Of a stretch of DNA of 64,000 bases, positions 31,358 through 41,235 are shown in pieces. Every line of letters begins with the position of its first letter. The first letter of the stretch is position 1. A model generated the notes under the pieces. That model was not told where the DNA came from, ran no database searches, and worked only from the letters and a program-made list of their open reading frames with translations. This DNA is from an uncultured archaeon (GTDB lineage Archaea; Asgardarchaeota; Lokiarchaeia; Sigyniarchaeales; SOKP01): positions 96,001-160,000 of the forward strand of contig CAZALK010000007.1 in NCBI GenBank assembly GCA_964486045.1, given 5' to 3'. The position numbers were made by a program, and so were the translations under genes.

Positions 31358-31780
31358 ATGAATTCGAAGAAGAAATTCCTTGAAATAGAATTGATTAATA
31401 TTCAACCTAGTCAATTATATATTAGCAAACAGAAACTTGCTAAAGTCAGGGAAAAATTTAACCCTAAAGATATATCGACATTAGATGTAATACCCATTAA
31501 AAAAATAAATAGCATTATTTTTTATACTGATGGTCATACTAGGGCATTTGCAGCATATCAAGCAGGTTTTACAAAAATCCCGGTAATTTGGGAAGATGAA
31601 GAGTTAGATTGGGAGCTATATCAAATTTGTATTAAGTGGTGCAATAATGAAGGTATATATTCGATTGCTGATTTAAACGATTTCATTATTGATCAGAAAA
31701 ATTACGAACTTCTTTGGTATAGACGGTGCGAAAATCTGCATAAAGAATTAATGAAGAAGAGGGTTAAGAAAAAAAATTGA
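31358..31780 (+). CDS. ParB/Srx-like domain protein
   Basis: IQPSQLYIS and DGHTRA motifs. Confidence 0.75.
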   Translation: MNSKKKFLEIELINIQPSQLYISKQKLAKVREKFNPKDISTLDVIPIKKINSIIFYTDGHTRAFAAYQAGFTKIPVIWEDEELDWELYQICIKWCNNEGIYSIADLNDFIIDQKNYELLWYRRCENLHKELMKKRVKKKN

Positions 31781-31789
31781 TCTTGGATC

Positions 31790-32512
31790 CTATTGTACCG
31801 CTAGACTTGCCCCAGGAATATAAACAACCATGGTTTGGAAATTCGAATTAAAAATTAAGTATTGTTCAACTGTTAGGTATTGAGATTCCCAAAAATTATA
31901 AGCAAAATTATATTTTAAATTCATTTTAACTAGAAAAATATTACTTAATATAATCGTAGAGTTATAATTAACAGTAGAGGGTATTTCTGTAAAATTTGTG
32001 TACCAATCACCAGACCAAAATGAAGGTCTATCTCCCGTGTGAGTCCACTCAGCGGCAAATATCTCTGTGTGGTTGGCATACTCTGCTTTAATAATTGCAT
32101 CATTGTTGTAGTTCAGATATATCAAAGATTCATTGGTAACTTCTAATGAATAAATAAAATTCTGCTGATGATAAGGAAATAAATGGATTTCTCCTTTATC
32201 TTTATCAATTTTCAGCTTTAAGGATTCTATGAATTCTCTGTCAATATGATATTTATAATTATGAAAAGATCCACTTAAGTTTTGAATTTCACCCCAAATG
32301 TCGCGAGATTTACAATACTTTAGATAATCAAACAATTCACTTTTTTCTACTATGCTCTCAAAATTTTGAATGTTTGCTCCATAAGTTATCTTATAGTAGA
32401 TTCTAATAAGAATTAAGGAATTATTAACAAATAACGATAAAGGGGTGATTGTACCTGTTAGAAAGATTATTATGATGGTAATTATAAGTTTTCTTTTGAT
32501 TTTCACTCTCAC
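31790..32512 (-). CDS. Hypothetical membrane-anchored protein
   Basis: N-terminal TM segment; very AT-rich. Confidence 0.65.
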   Translation of the reverse strand: MRVKIKRKLIITIIIIFLTGTITPLSLFVNNSLILIRIYYKITYGANIQNFESIVEKSELFDYLKYCKSRDIWGEIQNLSGSFHNYKYHIDREFIESLKLKIDKDKGEIHLFPYHQQNFIYSLEVTNESLIYLNYNNDAIIKAEYANHTEIFAAEWTHTGDRPSFWSGDWYTNFTEIPSTVNYNSTIILSNIFLVKMNLKYNFAYNFWESQYLTVEQYLIFNSNFQTMVVYIPGASLAVQ

Positions 32513-32573
32513 CTCTTTTTGGATCTAATAAAACTAGAGAGATTTCAGAGTAATTGATCAAATTAATTGGTAA

Positions 32574-32972
32574 TTACACTCTTCTTCCTCGATGTCCACC
32601 CTTTCTGCGACAGTGGTCATGGGATTTAGGCGTTACTTCTTCAATTCTTCCAACTTGTAGACCAGACCGCGCGAGAGCACGGATACAAGCTTGAGCTCCA
32701 GGCCCAGGAGTTTGCGATTTATTCCCTCCTGGCGCTCTTACTTTAATATGGATGCCCCTTATTCCTTTATCTCTGAGGTCATTAGCCACTCTGAACCCGC
32801 ACTGCATTGCAGCATAAGGGGATGATTCATCACGGCTGGCTTTAACCACCATACCAGCGGTACATTTAGCGAAAGTCTCGGCTCCGCTTAAATCAGTAGC
32901 AGTTACAAGGGTGTTGTTATAACTCGAAAAAATATGGACAATTGCCCATTTTCTATCATCTTTTCTACTCAT
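32574..32972 (-). CDS. rps11: 30S ribosomal protein S11 (uS11)
   Basis: [35 protein letters not shown]. Confidence 0.99.
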   Translation of the reverse strand: MSRKDDRKWAIVHIFSSYNNTLVTATDLSGAETFAKCTAGMVVKASRDESSPYAAMQCGFRVANDLRDKGIRGIHIKVRAPGGNKSQTPGPGAQACIRALARSGLQVGRIEEVTPKSHDHCRRKGGHRGRRV

Positions 32973-33490
32973 TATGCTTCACTTTTGGTTGTAGTTTCTT
33001 TTGGTTTTGAGAGAGGGCTATTAGGGGTAAAATCAATAAAATCTTCTTCTTTCAGTTTAACGAGATATGAAGGTGCATCAATTTTTTTTCCTAGGACTTG
33101 AATATGGCCATGAGTGATATATTGTCGTGATTGGTGTACTGAGCTTGCTAAACCTTTTTCAAATACAAGTGTTTGTAATCTTCTTTTTAGAACGTCTTCT
33201 ACAGTTAAAAGAAGGATATCTTCGAATTCTGCTTGTGAGCCAATGACGCCTAGCTTGTTTAATTTTCTAATTAATTCTTGTTGAGCCTCGACAGCTCTCT
33301 CTTTCATTAATCTTCTAGATTTTCTGGCAATGTTTCGCCAATTAGCTAACAAAGTTCTAGCTTTCCAGTATTCTCGTTTATTTCTAAGACCGTATTTACC
33401 CAGAAATTCAAGCTCTTCCATGATCCTTTCTTTTTGGAATGGATGTTTCGGTTTCTTAAACTTCTTCTTTAAGCGTCTTGGATCTCCCAT
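32972..33490 (-). CDS. rps4: 30S ribosomal protein S4 (uS4); true start MGDP at 33490
   Basis: [25 protein letters not shown]; GGTGA SD upstream of the ATG at 33490. Confidence 0.98.
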   Translation of the reverse strand: MGDPRRLKKKFKKPKHPFQKERIMEELEFLGKYGLRNKREYWKARTLLANWRNIARKSRRLMKERAVEAQQELIRKLNKLGVIGSQAEFEDILLLTVEDVLKRRLQTLVFEKGLASSVHQSRQYITHGHIQVLGKKIDAPSYLVKLKEEDFIDFTPNSPLSKPKETTTKSEA

Positions 33491-33503
33491 ATTTTCACCT
33501 TTC

Positions 33504-33995
33504 CTATGGTGCTGGTTGTCTTTTTTTCCTTCGCATAACTCCAACTACAAGACCATGACGTCCGGTACTTCTTGTTCTTTGACCACGAACTTTTAATTTT
33601 AGATGATGGCGAACTCCTTTATAAGACTTAATTTTTTTCATCCTATCTATGTCTCGTTTGAGGGAAATATCAAGTCTATTTCCTAGAATATGAAGATCTT
33701 CACCAGTACGCAGATCTTTTTTTCTGTTGACCATCCAATTTGGAATACCACTTTTAATTGGATTTAAAACGATTTCTATAATCCTATTTAAATCTTTTTC
33801 TGCTATTGCTCCTACTCTAATATTGGGATTTATTTTTGCCACGCGTACTATTGCTTGAGCAAATCTCTTCCCAACACCTCTAATTTGCGTTAATCCATAT
33901 TCGATTTTTGCATTTCCATCTACTTGTGTGCGGAGCTCACGTAGGAAAACTTTTTCACGAAAATTTTTTGGTCTATGCGGAGATACAGAACTCAT
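33504..33995 (-). CDS. rps13: 30S ribosomal protein S13 (uS13)
   Basis: GLTQIRGVG, P-WM-NR-KD, SYKG-RH, VRGQRTRSTGR. Confidence 0.99.
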   Translation of the reverse strand: MSSVSPHRPKNFREKVFLRELRTQVDGNAKIEYGLTQIRGVGKRFAQAIVRVAKINPNIRVGAIAEKDLNRIIEIVLNPIKSGIPNWMVNRKKDLRTGEDLHILGNRLDISLKRDIDRMKKIKSYKGVRHHLKLKVRGQRTRSTGRHGLVVGVMRRKKRQPAP

Positions 33996-34187
33996 TCGAA
34001 CTCAATCGATAATTAGTTTATTTAAAGTTTTGATTTAATGTTAGTAAATTCAGAGCTTAATAATAAATTTTTGGTTTTCTCATAGAATAAGCAATTTTCG
34101 CTTCTTCTATAAATTTTGAAAAAAAGAAAATTTTTGGGATTTTTAAGAATAGCCATTAAGTTTCAAATTTATTTGATTTTTATGCTT

Positions 34188-35300
34188 TTAGGATGGAAGT
34201 ACGCTAGTAGCATCATTCTCTTTAATAGCCCCAAAAAGTCGGTTGTTAAGTGCCGTACCCAGTTCAACTGCCCTTGGATCACTCATATCCAACTGTGTAT
34301 AACCAAGGGGGGGTAAATAGGCATAAATCATCAATGACTTTAAGTAATCATACCATGCCATATCAAACTCATAGCTCTTAACTCCTTTTTCTTCCAGCCG
34401 TTTTAGATAAAGCTCGAGCATTTCTTTTTCGATTTTTCTTCGTAATTCAATTTTTATACTAGTTCCTAAAAGATATGCTACATCCAAAATGCTTCTACTT
34501 ACTAATGGGGATCCCCAGTCAATAATTATTACAGGATTTTCACTATTCTCAGAATCAAAAAACATATTGTCTGCTCGATAGTCAAAATGTGCAATGCTCA
34601 GATTATCATCGGGGACATCATTCATCAACCAAGAAAACTGTTTGTATATTTTTTCTCCAATCTCTAAGCCACCTTCCGGGATAAATTCAGTAAATCCTTC
34701 TGATTTTATTGCTAAATCCCATGAATCATGAAAAGTATCGATGAAAGCCATTACTGTTTCATCCCTAGGTTTAGCCATCCAATCAAAAGAAAAAAGATCT
34801 GGAGCATCCCACCATCGTGCATGAAAATCAGCAATTGAAATTATTGCTTTTTTGGTTTGTTGGTAGTCTAAACCTTTAACTTGATCAACCATCTTATAAC
34901 ATTCACAATCTTCAAGAATAAGAATGTATCTTTTAGCTTCTGAATCAAAATCTGAATAAATAAGACCGAGAACACGTATGGGGCTTTTTGGTGCTACTTC
35001 GTTGTAAAACCTTATCTCTTTTTCATAAAGATTATATTGAAGTGCAACCACTAAGGCTGTTCTAAAGGTTGTTGGCATTTTTACAACCATTGTTTTTGGT
35101 AGGTCAGGAGATTCTTTATCATAAGTAATAGTTAATCTTGCCATATCACTTACAAATCCTTCCCCTATACCGCATGCTTCTCTTGAAATTGATTCAATAT
35201 TGACATCCTTAAGGTATCCAGAGTTGTGAAGAACATCATTAAGATATTCAGAACTTATTCTTTTAGTTCGTTTGGGTATCATTACATTCTTAGATTCCAT
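34188..35300 (-). CDS. Aminoglycoside/ecdysteroid-kinase-like phosphotransferase
   Basis: E--FY, LILED, HFDYRADN, IIDW. Confidence 0.88.
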   Translation of the reverse strand: MESKNVMIPKRTKRISSEYLNDVLHNSGYLKDVNIESISREACGIGEGFVSDMARLTITYDKESPDLPKTMVVKMPTTFRTALVVALQYNLYEKEIRFYNEVAPKSPIRVLGLIYSDFDSEAKRYILILEDCECYKMVDQVKGLDYQQTKKAIISIADFHARWWDAPDLFSFDWMAKPRDETVMAFIDTFHDSWDLAIKSEGFTEFIPEGGLEIGEKIYKQFSWLMNDVPDDNLSIAHFDYRADNMFFDSENSENPVIIIDWGSPLVSRSILDVAYLLGTSIKIELRRKIEKEMLELYLKRLEEKGVKSYEFDMAWYDYLKSLMIYAYLPPLGYTQLDMSDPRAVELGTALNNRLFGAIKENDATSVLPS

Positions 35301-35499
35301 TTTTGTATCGCCCTTAATATTACATAAAAATAAAAATTATCATTATTGAGTTTTAGTACATTTAAAAACTTTTGTTAAATTTGGTACATAAATAAATGAG
35401 TAATATAATTCACTAAAGGGTTTTTTGAGTGTTTAAGCATGAAAAAGGATAATGAAGAGTATTTTTATATTAATGGCATGCATTATGATTTCATGATTA

Positions 35500-35643
35500 A
35501 GAGCAAGAATGCTTTTTCCACAAGAATTAGATGGGTTACTTCATTATAACGGTCTCATTATTGACCATAAACATGGATCTTTTGAGGAAGAACCCTTTAA
35601 TTCGGAATCAAACTGGCAGATCGTAATTTGTCATAAAAAGTAA
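35500..35643 (+). pseudogene. 3' remnant of a class I SAM-dependent methyltransferase
   Basis: FPQELDGLLHYNGLIIDHKHGSFEEEPFNSESNWQIVICHKK*, with no intact 5' part. Confidence 0.55.
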
Positions 35644-35772
35644 TTTATGATAACCTTACTCGTGAGATTTTTTACTAAAAGATCATTATTATTTAATATT
35701 ACATAACAAGTGGATTCAATGAAGGAATGAAATAATAAATTTCATTTAACTAGCAAAAAGAGGAGTATTAAA

Positions 35773-37062
35773 GTGCTTGATATAGAATTATTTCGGAATA
35801 ATCTTGAGGAAATTATCAAATCAGAAAAAAGGAGATTCAAAGATCCTACAAATGCTGAAAAAACTTTAGAGTATGACAAGAAATGGAGAGAAGTTTTACA
35901 GAGAATACAGGATTTACGTAAGGAAAGAAGTGAAGTCTCTGCTCAAATAGCTGAATTCAAAAAAAGTGGGGAAACAGAAAAAGCTGAAAAAGCCATTAGT
36001 GTATCAAAGGAGACAAAATCAAAAATTGATGATTTAGAAAAACAACAAATAGAATTTCTTAAACAAAGAGAAGAATTTCGCTATTCTGTAGGAAATATAT
36101 TACATGATTCCGTCCCGACAGGGGAGACTGAAGAATCTAATGAAATTTTGAGAACTGTTGGTGAAATAAAAAAATTTGAGTTTGATCCCCTCTCCCATGT
36201 TGATTTGATTTCTCTAATTGATGGGGCTGACACGAAAAAAGCATCGGAAGTGGTGGGATCGAGATTCTTTTACCTTAAAGGAGATATTGTACTAATGAAT
36301 TTAGCACTGTTAAGATTTGCCTTAGAAAAGATAGTGAATAAAAATTTCATTCCAATGTGGACTCCTTTTTTCACTAAACACGAAATTATGAAAGCAGCAG
36401 CAGAATTAGCAGATTTTGAAGACCAACTTTATAAAATCGAGGGGGAAGATCTTTATATGATTGCTACTTCTGAACAAACCTTAGCTGCATATCATTATAA
36501 TGAAATTATTAACCCAGAAACTTTACCACTTAAATATGCAGGAATCTCTTCGTGTTTTAGAAGAGAAGCAGGTTCACACGGAAAAGACACACTAGGAATA
36601 TTTAGAGTTCATCAATTTGAGAAGGTCGAACAGTTTGTTTTCTGTAAACCTGAGGATTCTTGGAAATATCATGAAGAATTGTTATCCAATTCTGAAGAAA
36701 TTTATAAAGAATTAGGAATTCCTTATAGAGTTGTCAATATAGCTTCTGGAGAATTAAATGATAATGCAGCTAAAAAATATGATCTAGAAGCTTGGTTTCC
36801 TGCTTCAGAAACATACCGTGAGCTAGTATCCTGTAGTAACTGTTTAGATTATCAAGCACGGAAATTAAAAATTAGAATGGGTAAGGTTGGTGCAACTCAA
36901 GCTAAAGAAATTCTACATACCCTAAACTCAACAGCAATTGCAACTGAACGTACAATCTGTTGCATTCTAGAAAATTATCAAAATAAAGACCATTCAATCA
37001 CTATACCGTTAGCTCTTCAAAATTATATGAATGGGAAAAAGGTTATAAAACCAGTTAAATAG
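35773..37062 (+). CDS. serS: Seryl-tRNA synthetase
   Basis: N-terminal coiled arm, ATSEQ, FRREAG, RVHQFEKVEQF, ELVSCSNC-DYQAR, HTLNSTA-ATER. Confidence 0.99.
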   Translation: MLDIELFRNNLEEIIKSEKRRFKDPTNAEKTLEYDKKWREVLQRIQDLRKERSEVSAQIAEFKKSGETEKAEKAISVSKETKSKIDDLEKQQIEFLKQREEFRYSVGNILHDSVPTGETEESNEILRTVGEIKKFEFDPLSHVDLISLIDGADTKKASEVVGSRFFYLKGDIVLMNLALLRFALEKIVNKNFIPMWTPFFTKHEIMKAAAELADFEDQLYKIEGEDLYMIATSEQTLAAYHYNEIINPETLPLKYAGISSCFRREAGSHGKDTLGIFRVHQFEKVEQFVFCKPEDSWKYHEELLSNSEEIYKELGIPYRVVNIASGELNDNAAKKYDLEAWFPASETYRELVSCSNCLDYQARKLKIRMGKVGATQAKEILHTLNSTAIATERTICCILENYQNKDHSITIPLALQNYMNGKKVIKPVK

Positions 37063-37068
37063 ATCTAA

Positions 37069-38313
37069 ATGGGGTACAAAATGATTGAAAAAGATTTGGA
37101 GGATTTTGAAGAATTTTATACTGAAAAAATCAATTCTATTTTTTCAAAAGTAAAGAGGGCTTCGAAAAAGATACTTTTAGATATTAGAGGTAATTTAATC
37201 GAAGTTAAGGTATGCTTGGATCATTTTAGTGAGGTCGGAAAAGAAAAAATTGATCAGAAAGCTCAAAAATCACTCAAATTTTTTTCAGAGAGAATTAGAA
37301 GAGAAATAGATGAAGTTGAGGTCCCTGAAGAAGAGATAAGCTATGACAACATATTGGACTTATTAAACTCAATAAAGAAACTTTTTACTAATATTAATGA
37401 AATTGCCAGAAAGTCCCTCCCTAAAATTCAGAAAGATTTTCAACCTCAAATCAAAGAATTGAATTATATCACGAGAAAACTAGGAAAAAAACAAGGAATT
37501 TTAGATGAATTTCTGAGGAAAAAATATACTGAACTTAAAAACGCTGAATATTTATTAAAAAAATTACCAAAAATTTTTACTCTAAAGAACAACATAGAAC
37601 ACTCAAAAACAGATTTAGAGCAGTTCGAAGTAGAGTTAGAAGAGAGAAAAAACACAGAAGAGGATTTAAATAAAAAATTAGTAGAGCTTGAAAAAAATAA
37701 TTTATTCAAGGAACTGGAAATTGGAAAGGACAAATTATTTCAATTACAATTAAAAATTAATGATGAAATTGGTTTTAAAAAAGCATTAAAGAAGTTTAAG
37801 TTTGAATTAGAAAAAAATACGATTCATGTTCCTAACGTAGATTTAAACTATTTAAGGGATTTTCTTAAAAATCCTATAGGAGTGCTTATATCTGAGAGAA
37901 AAGATTTACCAAAACTCACAAGTTTAATGGTTCAATTAAGGCATGCATTGGAAGAAAACAGGTTAAATCTTAAATCTGACACAAAACAAAAAACAATCGA
38001 CCAAATTAATGCAATCTTTGAGGAAAAGCTATTACAGTCAAACATCGAAAAGTATTTACTATTTCGGGGAGAAATTAAAAATATTGAGGGAAAAATTGAA
38101 GTTGCCGGATTAGCTAAACAATTAGAAGATCTGAAAAACAAAATCTCTTCAAATGCAGTTAAGCTCGACCATATTGAAAATGACCATAATCGGAAAAATA
38201 AAGATTACCTACGATATCTAACTGCTTTAAAAAGTGACCGGGAAGAATTTCAAGCCCTTGTAGAGGAAGTTTTAAATGAAAGTGTGAAAATTAATATAGT
38301 ATTTGCTTTTTAA
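37069..38313 (+). CDS. Coiled-coil hypothetical protein
   Basis: 414-aa K/E/L-rich helical ORF, likely co-transcribed with serS. Confidence 0.8.
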   Translation: MGYKMIEKDLEDFEEFYTEKINSIFSKVKRASKKILLDIRGNLIEVKVCLDHFSEVGKEKIDQKAQKSLKFFSERIRREIDEVEVPEEEISYDNILDLLNSIKKLFTNINEIARKSLPKIQKDFQPQIKELNYITRKLGKKQGILDEFLRKKYTELKNAEYLLKKLPKIFTLKNNIEHSKTDLEQFEVELEERKNTEEDLNKKLVELEKNNLFKELEIGKDKLFQLQLKINDEIGFKKALKKFKFELEKNTIHVPNVDLNYLRDFLKNPIGVLISERKDLPKLTSLMVQLRHALEENRLNLKSDTKQKTIDQINAIFEEKLLQSNIEKYLLFRGEIKNIEGKIEVAGLAKQLEDLKNKISSNAVKLDHIENDHNRKNKDYLRYLTALKSDREEFQALVEEVLNESVKINIVFAF

Positions 38314-38315
38314 TA

Positions 38316-39047
38316 TCACTTTCTTTCTAACATCTCAAAGCTGCGATTGTTATTTGCATTATTCTTCTTAAGAGAGAGTTTTAAATTATTTTTTAAGAAT
38401 TTAAAAACATTTGTATCTCTTAAATTAAAAATCTTTAAATATTCATACGCTAAAACTAGATCTTGCTTAACATCCATATCAAATCCAGCTCTAAATGAAT
38501 CATATATAACTTTTTTACTTATCCCATTCTTTGAAGCATTATTAAGTAATGCAACTAAGGAAGGAGTGTTCGGATCTGAAAAAAAAGATGGAATTATATC
38601 CGGAGGATTCCTACTTAATATTGAAATCCCTGCGGAATGAATATCAGGACAAACAACTAACTGGTTTTTTTTAATAAGGGCATCAATTTCATTAAAGTTT
38701 TTTGCTGTTATCAATATCAAATCTAAAAAAACGAGTGTTGTTTGTTTAGCACTGTATCTTTCAATAACAATTTTATTGAATTCGCTGATGACATCATCAA
38801 AAAGCTTTGGTTTACCTGAAATATCTTCTTTGATACCAATCAAACCATTTTCTTCTGCAAGATCTAGTATTTCTGTAGTATTACAATACACAATTTTATA
38901 TTCATAACAATTTACTCCATTCAAAGTGTTTATTAGATCTTTAAACATTGCAATTGTGAAATCTTTAAGTTGATCAGCTGAAAAACAATCCTGTAAACGA
39001 GATTTTGTTGCTGAAAAGGGGGCTATAGGAATTAATAAAGAACTCAT
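38316..39047 (-). CDS. cofC: 2-phospho-L-lactate/PEP guanylyltransferase (F420 biosynthesis)
   Basis: IP---F---KSRL, AMF-D, DL-LI, FD-D---DL pattern; divergent. Confidence 0.75.
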   Translation of the reverse strand: MSSLLIPIAPFSATKSRLQDCFSADQLKDFTIAMFKDLINTLNGVNCYEYKIVYCNTTEILDLAEENGLIGIKEDISGKPKLFDDVISEFNKIVIERYSAKQTTLVFLDLILITAKNFNEIDALIKKNQLVVCPDIHSAGISILSRNPPDIIPSFFSDPNTPSLVALLNNASKNGISKKVIYDSFRAGFDMDVKQDLVLAYEYLKIFNLRDTNVFKFLKNNLKLSLKKNNANNNRSFEMLERK

Positions 39048-39133
39048 AATCTTCGAAAGTTCAATCTCTTATAAATATTAGATCAAGTTGTTAAAGTCAA
39101 AAAGAAATTTTTATATTTAAGATTATGTAGTGT

Positions 39134-39697
39134 CTATTTTAAATTATTTAAAATCTGAACTGACAAAGATTCAAAAGCTTTATCAATATTTTCTTTTGAT
39201 TTTGCGGAAGTTTCCATATATTGTACGTTATAGGAATCTGCCTTTTCCTTTCCCTCCTCAAAGGTAACCAATCTTTCATCCTTTTTATCAATTTTATTAC
39301 CAATAATGATGTACGGAATATCACCACTTAACTCTGTGAATTTAGAAATCCAAAAATCTATGTTATCGAACGATTCTCTGTTAATTACATCGTATACAAC
39401 AAATGCACCAACCGCTTGAACAAAATAATATTCATTGCTAAATAATTTATCATGTTGGCCACCTAAATCCCAGAAATAAAGCTTAAATCCTTTATCTTTA
39501 ATATCCTTCCTCAGAATAGGATTTTTAATATCCAATTTGTCAATAACTTTGCTTAATTCAATTTCCTTTATTAAAAAATTAGCTCCTAATGTTTGATTAT
39601 AGTCATCACTAAACTGGTCATCTACATAACGGGCTAGAATACTAGTTTTTCCTACGCTTGGGTCCCCGCACAATATAACCTTTCCTCGATACGACAT
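39134..39697 (-). CDS. Rab-like small GTPase
   Basis: GDPSVGKTS, TLGANF, WDLGGQ, GNKID, ETSAK. Confidence 0.95.
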   Translation of the reverse strand: MSYRGKVILCGDPSVGKTSILARYVDDQFSDDYNQTLGANFLIKEIELSKVIDKLDIKNPILRKDIKDKGFKLYFWDLGGQHDKLFSNEYYFVQAVGAFVVYDVINRESFDNIDFWISKFTELSGDIPYIIIGNKIDKKDERLVTFEEGKEKADSYNVQYMETSAKSKENIDKAFESLSVQILNNLK

Positions 39698-39846
39698 ACA
39701 TTTTTACCCCTTGTTTTTTAAATTTAACAGTTTGCAATTATTTCCTAATTTTTGACTTATAATCTGTTACCTTGTTGGTTAAAATATATATTTTTTTGAA
39801 TAATTTACTTTTTCATATTTTTTTTTAATAAATTAATTACTAAATG

Positions 39847-40671
39847 CTACTTTTTAGTCGTTGTCAATTTGATTAATTTACATTGGCTAGTAATAAAGTA
39901 TCTAAATAAATGTTCATATCCTATAATCTGCTTTGGCATTCCGTTCTCTAGCCATAATCCTGATGTGTATTCTGGTGCCTCTTTTACTTGATCTAAGGTT
40001 GTCAGCAAAAATTCGTTATCCGAAATTAACAAACCGAAGGGAATAACATTGTCACCTTCTATTGAATGAATTGTCATAGAGACTTTTAATAATTTTTTGA
40101 TTTCCTCTTTTAAAGCTTCGTAATATTTCAATGCAATAATAAGTTGGATATTAGTAGAAAATTTCTTACTCCATAATTCTTTTAATACCCATTCATATCC
40201 TCCTAATTCATTCATAAGCAAATCTGGAGTAATAATGAAAAAAATGCGTGTTTCTGCACTACTAATTAATTCTTTTATCTTTTTTCTTATTTTAGATCTC
40301 GAATTTATGGCCCAAACACGAGGTTCTGATTCTTCTTTTGTTATCTCTAAGTCACTAATGATTTTTTCTAGTACTAAAGTATCTTCAATCCTCTCCTTAT
40401 ACTGGTCGCGTATAGTCTTGAAAATCCTGGGTATTGGAATCACTTGATAATTCGCACCCCTCTTAATGGGTTCTTTTTGAATAAAACCCTTATCTATTAA
40501 TCTATTTAAAGAATCATACACTCTAGCTCTATCTACTCCGGAATGTTTTGCAATATCCGCAGGGCTTAATATCTTATACTTACATAGAGTAAGTAAAACC
40601 TTCGAATCATTCTTCGTGAATCCTAATGATTGGAGTGCTTCCTCAATTTCAGATTCTTCTAACTCAGGCAT
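39847..40671 (-). CDS. TrmB-family transcriptional regulator
   Basis: LG-T..., SGVDRARVYDSL-RL--KG helix-turn-helix plus PLD-like C-terminal domain. Confidence 0.9.
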   Translation of the reverse strand: MPELEESEIEEALQSLGFTKNDSKVLLTLCKYKILSPADIAKHSGVDRARVYDSLNRLIDKGFIQKEPIKRGANYQVIPIPRIFKTIRDQYKERIEDTLVLEKIISDLEITKEESEPRVWAINSRSKIRKKIKELISSAETRIFFIITPDLLMNELGGYEWVLKELWSKKFSTNIQLIIALKYYEALKEEIKKLLKVSMTIHSIEGDNVIPFGLLISDNEFLLTTLDQVKEAPEYTSGLWLENGMPKQIIGYEHLFRYFITSQCKLIKLTTTKK

Positions 40672-41235
40672 ACTCAGGTTTCAAGAATTTAAACTAAAAT
40701 TATGTCAGTCTAATTTTATTATTATAATACAATAGTCAAATATCTTATATTTTAATTTATTTTTTTAGTAAAAATTTAGAGATTTCAGATTTCATTTTGA
40801 TTTTTGATACATTGCAGTTTTTCGCTCAATAAATTAACTGAAAGGCGGACTATTGTTATCTTTTTAAAAAAAAAAAAGTCATGGCGTGATTAAATAGATC
40901 ATGAAAATGTTATAATTCTGCTTTCAGCAAAAATTTAACAACTATTAATATTGGATCGTTTAAGTTTCAAAAATTTTTATTGAAACATTAATAATAGGTA
41001 AAAAACAATAATTTAAGAGTACAAGCTTTTATTTCCGACAAAATCAAAAAATAGTTTTTATTAGAAATTAATATCATATTAATAAACCGATCTAATTTTC
41101 GAAATTAACGATTCGAATTAAAATATCATCTAAAATTATTGATTCGAATCATAATATTTATATAATAGAAATGTGTAGTAATACTTAATTAACATCTAAA
41201 TTACAATCTTATATAAATAAGTTGGAGGAATAAAA

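Noticed and set aside
33491-33544. N-terminal extension of S4 from the ORF track
   Set aside because: It overlaps rps13; the conserved MGDP start has its own SD.
40672-41100. tRNA or ncRNA in the long intergenic region
   Set aside because: Very AT-rich, with no cloverleaf or GC-rich stem visible.
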